A stretch of DNA of 19,319 nucleotides, taken from IMG/VR virus record IMGVR_UViG_3300045988_171920; one strand, given 5' to 3'. Origin of the DNA: a virus. Position numbers and translations under genes: made by a program. How positions within the stretch are numbered: position 1 is the first letter of the stretch; every line of letters starts with the position of its first letter. Below the pieces are notes generated by a model. It worked only from the letters and a program-made list of their open reading frames with translations, did not search any database and had not been told where the DNA came from. Shown piece after piece: positions 12,412 through 19,243 of this stretch.

Positions 12412-14541
12412 CTAAAATAAATAATAACTATTTGAAATTTTATAAGGTTGCTCTTGTATAAGTGTACCACCTTTTATAATCTTTGATTTCTTAGATTTAA
12501 TTAACCCTACTATTTTCTTTGTGCATTCTTTGTCATAATAATAATACACATCATTTTCTTTTGTGAATAATTTCATCTTTTTTAATTCCTTACTTGAATG
12601 TGGGCAATTATCAAACACATCAATATCATCAACTTGTTTCATTATACTGTCTGTTAAACCACAACACTTAATTTCCCATTTATGAGTTTCTGCATTCTTT
12701 TCTGCATAACGTTTACTACCAATATATTTAAAATCTTCAAAGCATAACTCGTTATCCCAGTAACCATATATTTTGGTACCAATGTTAACTCCCTTAACTT
12801 CTTCAAGTGTTCCATATAAATGTAAACTATCTGTATCGCAATATAAAAATCTTTCATAATTTGCATTAATTGCTTGAACTAAATATTGTTTTGCATAACT
12901 TGTAATAAATGTTGCCATAGGTAAATAAATATTATCTGAAACATATTCATCATGTAAATGATTAATTGTAAATATTCCGTCTTTATTTTCAAACTCTGTA
13001 ATTTCATTTGAGCCACTCATGCCGAATTTACCGTACAGTCCATTTTGTCGAAGTTTTGCAATAGCCCTATTTGCTCCTGTACTATTCTTTTTTACTTCAC
13101 TCCAAAAATCTATATAATTTTTAAATAAATCATGAGTACCAGTAAATGCCATATGACCTCCAAGTTCATAAGAGTAAACATTATAACATTCAAATAATAA
13201 CTCTAGCAATGGATTACATAATCTAAAAGTTAATGTTACTTTTTCACCGTCTTTTACATTATTCTTTAAAATTTCACGACCATTAAAGTTTGGATTGTCC
13301 TTAACTTGTAAGAATGCCATCTTATTTTCTTTTACTTCAAAGTCATAAATAGTAATTTCTTGAATATAAAGTGGAAAACATTTCTTATAACTTTCATTCA
13401 TTTTGCACCACGGAATTTCCTTAAAGTTTGCTTGTCCGTATGGTAGCAATCTATCACTCATTATATAAGGATAAAGTGAATTAACATCTAAAACTATACC
13501 ATTATGATTTTCACATTTTTTAAATTTTTCTACATTTTCAAAACATACTGTGCTTAGTCCCCCGTAATAACTATGTCTTTGCCACGCGTCAGTAAAGTAA
13601 GATTGTTTTGGAAATAAGCATTCAAAAATTATTTGCTTCTTTAATGATGGTTTATTGGTTTGAAAAAATTTTGTCCTCATTAAACCATTGTCTACATAAT
13701 CATATAAATCTTGATTTTTAAACATATTTTGTTTTAAAGTGTAATCCTCAAGAACTGTTTCTTTATAATCTTCCAATGATTGTCCACTATTTGTTAATTT
13801 AGTATAAATCACATGCTTTCCATTAATATCAAGTCCATCAATTTTTAACATTTTTACTAAATAACTTAATCCGTAAACATCGTTATAAATATAACTTAAT
13901 TCTTCTTTAGATAATAAATCATCAATGCTTCTTTCCTTTTCATAATCTAGCCCGTCTTTTGGTAAATGTAAATTAAGAAAATCAGCACAACATTTTTGTA
14001 AACTAAATGGGGCAATTTTAAAAGTATCATAAAAATTAATTGTTACATCATCACCATGTAAAGTTAACTTATAAAACACTCCATCTTTCATTACTAAATT
14101 ATATTCAAAAGGTTTTAGTTTTGTTTTATTCTTAACAGTAAATTTTAGTTTCTCTTTTTTCTTATTGTAAAAATCATAACATTGTCTTTCATAATATTCG
14201 TCAACTCTTTGTTTCGCATTATCTTGTTCTGTAAACCATAAAATAAATGGTTTAATATCATATAAAGCATTATGAGCAAATAAATTAATTGTTTTCTTTT
14301 TAATAGATAATAAATCATTCATAAAACTATCTACTGTTCTATAATGATAACAAATATCTGTATTGTTATCACATGACATTAATGCAATAGAATAAGTTAA
14401 CATTTCATTCTTTTCTTTTAAATAACATGCTTCTATATCAAAAGCAAAATTTTGTATATTATCATAATCGGGAATAGTCCTATAAGAATAATAATTGTCT
14501 AAATTCTCTGTTATATTTTTTAACCTCACATTTAAATCCAT
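12412..14541 (-). CDS. Protein-primed family-B DNA polymerase
   Basis: Exo I FDIEA, Exo II NALYDIKP, Exo III YIYNDVYG, motif A DVNSLYPY, motif B KLRQNGLYGKFG, motif C YCDTDS, KxY (SKRY). Start moved to ATG 14541, 6 nt after AGAGGTG. The track starts at GTG 14550. Confidence 0.95.
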   Translation of the reverse strand: MDLNVRLKNITENLDNYYSYRTIPDYDNIQNFAFDIEACYLKEKNEMLTYSIALMSCDNNTDICYHYRTVDSFMNDLLSIKKKTINLFAHNALYDIKPFILWFTEQDNAKQRVDEYYERQCYDFYNKKKEKLKFTVKNKTKLKPFEYNLVMKDGVFYKLTLHGDDVTINFYDTFKIAPFSLQKCCADFLNLHLPKDGLDYEKERSIDDLLSKEELSYIYNDVYGLSYLVKMLKIDGLDINGKHVIYTKLTNSGQSLEDYKETVLEDYTLKQNMFKNQDLYDYVDNGLMRTKFFQTNKPSLKKQIIFECLFPKQSYFTDAWQRHSYYGGLSTVCFENVEKFKKCENHNGIVLDVNSLYPYIMSDRLLPYGQANFKEIPWCKMNESYKKCFPLYIQEITIYDFEVKENKMAFLQVKDNPNFNGREILKNNVKDGEKVTLTFRLCNPLLELLFECYNVYSYELGGHMAFTGTHDLFKNYIDFWSEVKKNSTGANRAIAKLRQNGLYGKFGMSGSNEITEFENKDGIFTINHLHDEYVSDNIYLPMATFITSYAKQYLVQAINANYERFLYCDTDSLHLYGTLEEVKGVNIGTKIYGYWDNELCFEDFKYIGSKRYAEKNAETHKWEIKCCGLTDSIMKQVDDIDVFDNCPHSSKELKKMKLFTKENDVYYYYDKECTKKIVGLIKSKKSKIIKGGTLIQEQPYKISNSYYLF

Positions 14542-14552
14542 ATATTTCACCT

Positions 14553-15353
14553 CTATTTAAAACTATCTAATTGCCTATATTCGTTAATAGTCCTGTCTAT
14601 TCTTGCATAAGAATTTTCTGAAGCTTTATCTATCTCGCCCTCACCAATATCTAAATATTTATCTCTCAAATTATTAAGCTCTCCTTTTATAAATAATTCT
14701 TTTTGCAGTGGTGAAAGTGTGTGCCATTGTTTCCATATAGCCTGTCTTTGATAACTTTCCATATTTTGAACAAAATCTAAACTCATAAAATCAGCAAACC
14801 ATTTATTTTGCATAGTATCATCATTTAATTTGTCATAAACTGCTTGAAGTGTTATCTTCTTATAATCATTCTTTAATTTATTTAACATTGCCAATTTTCT
14901 TTCATCATCAGAAATGACTAAATCACCTATTTTCTTTAATGCAACACCATCAATCCTAAAACTTTTATTCCTCCTAGATGGAAAAAATACATCTTTACCA
15001 GTTAAATAATCAATTTGTTGCTCTGTTAGTCCCATAGCTTTTAATGCATTTATTGATGATTCAACTTGTCTATTATATCTTTTTATATAATTATTTAGTC
15101 TTACATCAACTGATAATTGTTTTTTAGGTTTACTATTTAAGTTATCTTTTTTAATTTGTGATTGTAGCCCACGTTCAATTTTATTAATTTGTGTTTTTAA
15201 TTGCTTATCACTAAGTTGTCCATTTTTTAAATATGTTGGAATTTTATAACCTAATACTTGTAACTTATTAACTAAATATTTCACCTTTTGTTTAGTAGAC
15301 TTCTTTTCCCAATTAACTCTTTTTAATCCGGATAATTGCCTTTTTGCATTCAT
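14553..15353 (-). CDS. Terminal protein (replication primer), putative
   Basis: Immediately upstream of, and coupled to, the DNA polymerase gene, as in phi29 genes 3 and 2. ~266 aa, lysine-rich. The genome has ITRs. Start at ATG 15353, 6 nt after GGAGGG. No sequence motif recognised. Confidence 0.65.
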   Translation of the reverse strand: MNAKRQLSGLKRVNWEKKSTKQKVKYLVNKLQVLGYKIPTYLKNGQLSDKQLKTQINKIERGLQSQIKKDNLNSKPKKQLSVDVRLNNYIKRYNRQVESSINALKAMGLTEQQIDYLTGKDVFFPSRRNKSFRIDGVALKKIGDLVISDDERKLAMLNKLKNDYKKITLQAVYDKLNDDTMQNKWFADFMSLDFVQNMESYQRQAIWKQWHTLSPLQKELFIKGELNNLRDKYLDIGEGEIDKASENSYARIDRTINEYRQLDSFK

Positions 15354-15381
15354 GATATACCCTCCCATTATTCATATATTT

Positions 15382-15420
15382 ATAATATATGTATTAGGGT
15401 GAAAATGTTCACCCTTATTA
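15382..15420 (-). repeat. 39-bp hairpin-containing direct repeat, copy 1
   Basis: ATAATATATGTATTAGGGTGAAAATGTTCACCCTTATTA, with an 8-bp stem (15396-15403/15408-15415). Near-identical to 15814-15852. Confidence 0.85.
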
Positions 15421-15421
15421 T

Positions 15422-15778
15422 TTATTCTTCTCCATCTTTCACTAATTGTCTTGTAATAGCTGATGGAACAGTTTCGTGTTCATTAATATAGCCAGTTAAA
15501 TCTTGTTCAAGATGATAATTTTCGTGGAATTTATAACCATCATATGGGAAGTAAACTCTTTCATCATCATCATTAAAATAAATTGTTTCCTTAGTTAAAT
15601 CAATTTTATTTCCTAATGTATCATAATATACATTATAATCATATTCTCCGTTATTTTCAACTTTTACCAATACAGGCATTGCAAAACATTGTTTATGAGG
15701 TTTAAAGTTTGTTTCAGCTTTTACAGTTGTTCCTCCTATCATCACCATTGTTAAAGTAGCAATTAATAATTTTTTCAT
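15422..15778 (-). CDS. Secreted protein with Sec signal peptide, 118 aa, unknown function
   Basis: MKKLLIATLTMVMIGGTTVKA|ETN: a positive N-terminus, a hydrophobic core and an AXA-like VKA site. No lipobox Cys. Confidence 0.7.
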   Translation of the reverse strand: MKKLLIATLTMVMIGGTTVKAETNFKPHKQCFAMPVLVKVENNGEYDYNVYYDTLGNKIDLTKETIYFNDDDERVYFPYDGYKFHENYHLEQDLTGYINEHETVPSAITRQLVKDGEE

Positions 15779-15813
15779 AATTTCTCAATCCTTTCAATTT
15801 TATTTATATATTA

Positions 15814-15852
15814 ATAATATATGTATTAAGGGTAAAATGTTTACCCTTATTA
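15814..15852 (-). repeat. 39-bp hairpin-containing direct repeat, copy 2
   Basis: ATAATATATGTATTAAGGGTAAAATGTTTACCCTTATTA, with a 10-bp stem (15827-15836/15840-15849). Differences from copy 1 preserve the pairing. Confidence 0.85.
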
Positions 15853-16065
15853 AACTAAATTTACATTAATTATAATGTTATTATATATGTCAAAGTATGG
15901 AAATAAGTCAATTAAGGTATTACTAATCATTACTGTATTATATTTATCAAAATTAATATTTGAAAATTGTAAATCTTCAATAAATTCACAAATTTCATTA
16001 TAAGTAACCCCCTCCTCGTAAACTTTAATATCCACATTAATTTTAACATCAAAAGATTTTTTCAT
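15850..16065 (-). CDS. Hypothetical early protein, 71 aa
   Basis: ORF with SD AAAGGAGAA. First gene downstream of the internal early promoter. Confidence 0.6.
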   Translation of the reverse strand: MKKSFDVKINVDIKVYEEGVTYNEICEFIEDLQFSNINFDKYNTVMISNTLIDLFPYFDIYNNIIINVNLV

Positions 16066-16146
16066 TTTATCATTCTCCTTTTTATTTTATTTACGGCAAT
16101 TCTTGTCGAATCCTGTATTACTATTTATCTCCCTCTCTATGATTTA

Positions 16147-16175
16147 ATTATATAATATTTGTTCAACTTTTTCAA
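16147..16175 (-). promoter_or_regulatory. Sigma-A-type promoter TTGAAA-N17-TATAAT (internal early/middle promoter)
   Basis: On the - strand: TTGAAA (16175-16170), 17-nt spacer, TATAAT (16152-16147). The flanks are homologous to the right-end promoter at 19091-19119. Confidence 0.7.
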
Positions 16176-16186
16176 TAGTTTGTAAA

Positions 16187-16196
16187 CAAATATTTG
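16187..16196. promoter_or_regulatory. Perfect 10-bp palindrome CAAATATTTG, 11 nt upstream of the -35 box (operator-like)
   Basis: Identical palindrome at identical spacing upstream of the second early promoter (19131-19140). Confidence 0.45.
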
Positions 16197-16211
16197 AAAG
16201 TTTTGCTCGAC

Positions 16212-16238
16212 AAAAAAGGACAGATATTTAATCTGCCC
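16212..16238 (-). terminator. Rho-independent terminator (- strand)
   Basis: On the - strand: GGGCAG...CTGTCC hairpin (16238-16218) followed by TTTTTT (16217-16212). It overlaps the TAG stop of the 90-aa gene. Confidence 0.7.
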
Positions 16239-16510
16239 TAATTGTTCATTAATTCGTTATATCGTGTTATCTTACTTATATAAATACTATCAAAATCTTC
16301 GGGTATTATTTCAAGCTTTTCATTTAACTTTTCTAAGCAGATATATACGTCAACCATTTCCTCAAGTACCATATTATCTATTTCTTCTTTACTTGCTCTT
16401 AATGTTACATCACCACTAATCCAACGATTAAGTTTGGATAAAGCTTGTATAAGTTCAGAGCATTCCTCTATTGTAATTGAATTAACGTCTTGCAAACTTT
16501 CTTTAATCAT
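16238..16510 (-). CDS. MazG-like all-alpha nucleotide pyrophosphohydrolase, 90 aa
   Basis: Two acidic helix motifs typical of small MazG/NTP-PPase proteins: IEECSELIQAL and VLEEMVDVYICL (EExxE ... EExxD). Confidence 0.55.
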   Translation of the reverse strand: MIKESLQDVNSITIEECSELIQALSKLNRWISGDVTLRASKEEIDNMVLEEMVDVYICLEKLNEKLEIIPEDFDSIYISKITRYNELMNN

Positions 16511-16701
16511 TTTAATATCACCTCTATAAATTTATTTGGAATATCGCCTCTAAATTCTGTATTTAATATATCTATATATCTTTCTTTATCTTTTTCATCT
16601 TCAATATAATCATATAAATTTATTAAAAAGTCATCTGTAAATAGTCTATCTTGTGATAAAAATTCATTCCTTAATCTATAACTTTTTTCAATACTATTCA
16701 T
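16507..16701 (-). CDS. Hypothetical early protein, 64 aa
   Basis: ORF translationally coupled to its neighbours by 4-nt overlaps at both ends. Confidence 0.55.
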   Translation of the reverse strand: MNSIEKSYRLRNEFLSQDRLFTDDFLINLYDYIEDEKDKERYIDILNTEFRGDIPNKFIEVILK

Positions 16702-16901
16702 TTTAATAACTCCTCCCTTATATCTTCTTGGTCAAATAAGAAGTTGACCATATACTCATAATCACTTCTTGATTTACACCCACCAAAAACATAATCGTAA
16801 CATATTAAAAATATATCTGTTGGATATAATTCCCTATATGCTAGTACATCGCCCACTTTTCTTGATAATAATACAAATGCTACATACCTATCGTCTGACA
16901 T
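16698..16901 (-). CDS. Hypothetical early protein, 67 aa
   Basis: ORF with SD AAGGAGGTG upstream, coupled to the downstream gene. Confidence 0.55.
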   Translation of the reverse strand: MSDDRYVAFVLLSRKVGDVLAYRELYPTDIFLICYDYVFGGCKSRSDYEYMVNFLFDQEDIREELLK

Positions 16902-17038
16902 TATAAATACACCTCCTTTTCTTTATCCCTAATATAAATATCACTCCTAACAACTAAATCATCACTATATACTGTATAATCTTCTTTACCATCTTCTATT
17001 AAAACTTCTAATATTTCTTTTAAATCTTTTACTGTCAT
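16901..17038 (-). CDS. Hypothetical early protein, 45 aa (MTVKDLKEILEVLIEDGKEDYTVYSDDLVVRSDIYIRDKEKEVYL)
   Basis: Hand-translated; not in the ORF track. ATGA overlap with the upstream gene and TAATG overlap with the downstream gene. It fills an otherwise unexplained 133-nt gap. Confidence 0.45.
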   Translation of the reverse strand: MTVKDLKEILEVLIEDGKEDYTVYSDDLVVRSDIYIRDKEKEVYL

Positions 17039-17256
17039 ATACAATACAACTCCCTTATTACTTTTTCTCTTAATTCTTTTTCTGTTTTATAATTCTTTGG
17101 AACAATAGTAAACATTTCGTCAGTCAATTCATTTGTTATTTGATTCTTCCATTTATATTTTACTTCTAATATTTTAAAATCTTCATCAAATTCCATAGAA
17201 ATTTGTTCACACTCATTACTTTCTAATATTTTATAAATTTCATATACATAATTCAT
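17035..17256 (-). CDS. Hypothetical early protein, 73 aa
   Basis: ORF with SD AGGAGGAGTG upstream. Confidence 0.55.
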   Translation of the reverse strand: MNYVYEIYKILESNECEQISMEFDEDFKILEVKYKWKNQITNELTDEMFTIVPKNYKTEKELREKVIRELYCI

Positions 17257-17275
17257 TTATTTTTCACTCCTCCTA

Positions 17276-17368
17276 TTATTCGTCTGATTCTGAAACAATC
17301 ATAAAAAATGTAATGATTAAAATAACAGTTGATAACCATATAATAAATAAAAGTAAAAATTTAATCAT
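17276..17368 (-). CDS. Micro-ORF, 30 aa, single TM with acidic tail (MIKFLLLFIIWLSTVILIITFFMIVSESDE)
   Basis: Hand-translated. TAATG coupling to the DUF3310 gene stop. It fills the gap to the next gene. Confidence 0.35.
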   Translation of the reverse strand: MIKFLLLFIIWLSTVILIITFFMIVSESDE

Positions 17369-17577
17369 TATTTACACCTCTTTTCAAACTCTATTAATCT
17401 ATCAATATATTCCTTTGCTTTCTCTAAATCCTCGATACCATTTTTCTTTTTATATCTTGTTACATATTTTATAACGTTACCTTGCATAAATGTTAAATTA
17501 TTTCTTAAGCAAAATTCTATTACATCAATACCACTACCGTAATAAGTTGGTTTAATTTTATTTATATCCATTGACAT
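17368..17577 (-). CDS. DUF3310-like phage protein, 69 aa
   Basis: KPTYYGSGIDVIEF...F.QGNVIKYVTRYKKKNGIEDLEKAKEYIDRLI matches my recollection of the DUF3310 signature (..Y...G.E.ID.I...F..GN.IKY..R...K.G..DL.KA..Y...L). Confidence 0.65.
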   Translation of the reverse strand: MSMDINKIKPTYYGSGIDVIEFCLRNNLTFMQGNVIKYVTRYKKKNGIEDLEKAKEYIDRLIEFEKRCK

Positions 17578-17696
17578 AAATCACACACTCCATCATTTTT
17601 ATAATATTCATAGCTATCTATTTGCCTACCACATTTTGAACAACAATAATAAAATTGCTTAACTTTATGAGTTTTGATTTTCTTTATCATATACAT
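17562..17696 (-). CDS. Zinc-ribbon micro-protein, 44 aa (MYMIKKIKTHKVKQFYYCCSKCGRQIDSYEYYKNDGVCDLCQWI)
   Basis: Hand-translated; not in the ORF track. Two CxxC pairs (CSKC ... CDLC). SD GGAG 6 nt upstream. It overlaps both neighbours out of frame. Confidence 0.45.
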   Translation of the reverse strand: MYMIKKIKTHKVKQFYYCCSKCGRQIDSYEYYKNDGVCDLCQWI

Positions 17697-17859
17697 CTAA
17701 CGCTCCTATTAATAATTTTGAAATTTCACATAATTCCAAATGTTCATGTAATAATCGCTCTAATATTTCTTCTTTAGTTGCTTGTCCATACAATTTTTGT
17801 AAATGTAATTGATGATAACTAATTGATTCAATTAATAACTCAATTTGCCTTTTGGTCAT
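17665..17859 (-). CDS. Hypothetical early protein, 64 aa, helical
   Basis: ORF with SD AGGAGGGG upstream. Confidence 0.55.
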   Translation of the reverse strand: MTKRQIELLIESISYHQLHLQKLYGQATKEEILERLLHEHLELCEISKLLIGALDVYDKENQNS

Positions 17860-17860
17860 T

Positions 17861-18025
17861 TTATTCCCCTCCTATTGAATCTTCCATAAATTTTATTACT
17901 AAACTAAATAATATAAGCAAACCAATAAATCCTAAAACAATCATACTATTCAAATAATTACATACTAAGAAAATAGCTATAGTATATATTGTAATATAGA
18001 TTACTAAACCCGAAAATGTTAACAT
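17861..18025 (-). CDS. Small membrane protein, 54 aa, two predicted TM helices
   Basis: Hand-translated; not in the ORF track. MLTFSGLVIYITIYTIAIFLVCNYLNSMIVLGFIGLLILFSLVIKFMEDSIGGE. SD GAGGTGA lies 4 nt before the ATG at 18025. Confidence 0.5.
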   Translation of the reverse strand: MLTFSGLVIYITIYTIAIFLVCNYLNSMIVLGFIGLLILFSLVIKFMEDSIGGE

Positions 18026-18037
18026 TTAATCACCTCA

Positions 18038-18289
18038 TTAATCATCATAATAAATTTTATAATTATTTAATATTACTATCTTTTCACTTGTGATACACAT
18101 AAATATATCATTTTCATCAAATAGTGAATAACGATAATTTCCATGTTTATCTAATTTTGCCACAACATAAACACCTTTACTATAATCATAATTATGCTTT
18201 GGTGCATAACGGAGCTTTGAACACTCCGTTTTATTCTTTTTGCATGTTCCGTCTTTCCAGTAAAAACATGATGAAAATGTGCAATTCAT
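18038..18289 (-). CDS. Hypothetical early protein, 83 aa, Cys-rich N-terminus
   Basis: SD AGAGGTGA. Four Cys in the first 23 aa (C3, C8, C16, C23), suggesting a small metal-binding module. Confidence 0.55.
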   Translation of the reverse strand: MNCTFSSCFYWKDGTCKKNKTECSKLRYAPKHNYDYSKGVYVVAKLDKHGNYRYSLFDENDIFMCITSEKIVILNNYKIYYDD

Positions 18290-18299
18290 TTAATCACCT

Positions 18300-18488
18300 C
18301 TATTTCTTCCAATAACCTTTTTCTCTTAAGGCATTATCAATCAAGTTTACTATATTCATTGTTTTGTTATATTTATCCCTATCTGAATTAATATAAAAAG
18401 TAAATGCCATATCATAATATTTTTCATATAACTTTTTTAATTGTTTTTGATTTAAACTATTTATATATTCAACTATTTGTTGATACAT
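18300..18488 (-). CDS. Hypothetical early protein, ~62 aa
   Basis: The track starts at GTG 18497. ATG 18488 is better placed behind GGAGAGTGG. It overlaps the end of the upstream gene. Confidence 0.5.
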   Translation of the reverse strand: MYQQIVEYINSLNQKQLKKLYEKYYDMAFTFYINSDRDKYNKTMNIVNLIDNALREKGYWKK

Positions 18489-19032
18489 ATTTTCCACTCT
18501 CCAATCCTAAATAATAATCTCTTAAACTCTGAATTCCATGTGAAAACTCATAACTAGGATTGCCTAAAGCAAAAATGATACCATCTAACCAAAGACCGAT
18601 ATCTTCATTTCTCCAATTTAAACAATCTAATTTGTATTCAATGCTAGTTTCTATTATTTTCATTAATTCATTTTCACTTTCTAACATTTTATCAATCTCC
18701 TTTTTATTTAGTATTTCTCTTTCAATAGCTTCTTCAGCATATGCAATGTCAGATTCTTGGAATAAATCATCATTTAAATTTTCAACTTCTTCTACTTCTT
18801 CAACTGCAACTTCTTCAATCTCTTCAAATTTAATAATAAATTTCTTTTCGTTATTTTGAAATCTTACCATTTTTTCAACTAATTCTTCATCACTGTATGG
18901 CTTTGATCCGATAACCCAACAGTAACCCATATATCCAACAACTTCTACTTGGTCGTTTGCAAATATAACTTTGAATGATTTTCTTTCACTTATTAAATAT
19001 TTAACCATTTCTCTAACTTCTCTTTTTAACAT
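18469..19032 (-). CDS. First early gene: 187-aa protein with a strongly acidic central segment
   Basis: Start assigned to ATG 19032, 10 nt after AAAGGAG; the track start at 19056 has no SD. Central run EEIEEVAVEEVEEVENLNDDLFQESDIAYAEEAIERE. Confidence 0.6.
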   Translation of the reverse strand: MLKREVREMVKYLISERKSFKVIFANDQVEVVGYMGYCWVIGSKPYSDEELVEKMVRFQNNEKKFIIKFEEIEEVAVEEVEEVENLNDDLFQESDIAYAEEAIEREILNKKEIDKMLESENELMKIIETSIEYKLDCLNWRNEDIGLWLDGIIFALGNPSYEFSHGIQSLRDYYLGLESGKYVSTNS

Positions 19033-19090
19033 AATTCCCATTCTCCTTTTCGACATTCTTTTTATTATCTATTTCCCTTTCCATGATTTA

Positions 19091-19119
19091 ATTATATAAC
19101 ATTTGGAAAGAAAATGCAA
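19091..19119 (-). promoter_or_regulatory. Sigma-A-type early promoter TTGCAT-N17-TATAAT at the right end
   Basis: On the - strand: TTGCAT (19119-19114), 17-nt spacer, TATAAT (19096-19091), about 35 nt upstream of the first early gene's ORF. Confidence 0.7.
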
Positions 19120-19130
19120 TAGTTTTTATA

Positions 19131-19140
19131 CAAATATTTG
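19131..19140. promoter_or_regulatory. Perfect 10-bp palindrome CAAATATTTG, 11 nt upstream of the -35 box (operator-like)
   Basis: Same sequence and spacing as 16187-16196. It is embedded in the shared block CTTTCAAATATTTGT. Confidence 0.45.
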
Positions 19141-19187
19141 AAAGAAATTATAAAAATATATGATGAAATATTAAATGATAAAATACC

Positions 19188-19218
19188 TAATACTAGTTAA
19201 TACAATTACATGTAAAAA
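19188..19218 (-). promoter_or_regulatory. Subterminal conserved block TTTTTAC-N17-AGTATTA, inward-facing (right-end copy)
   Basis: Read on the - strand: TTTTTAC (19218-19212), 17 nt spacer, AGTATTA (19194-19188). Mirrors block 103-133. Confidence 0.3.
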
Positions 19219-19243
19219 TTATTGGAACTGTTTCATATAGTGC

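Noticed and set aside
12654-12866. 70-aa - strand ORF in another frame within the DNA polymerase gene
   Set aside because: It is nested out of frame inside the polymerase CDS, whose frame carries the conserved motifs. No SD.
18124-18315. 63-aa + strand ORF
   Set aside because: Antisense to the 83-aa early gene within a uniformly - strand operon. No SD.
18560-18859. 99-aa + strand ORF rich in S, I and F
   Set aside because: It is the antisense frame of the acidic (GAA/GAG-rich) early gene, which automatically yields an S/F/L-rich ORF. No translation signals.
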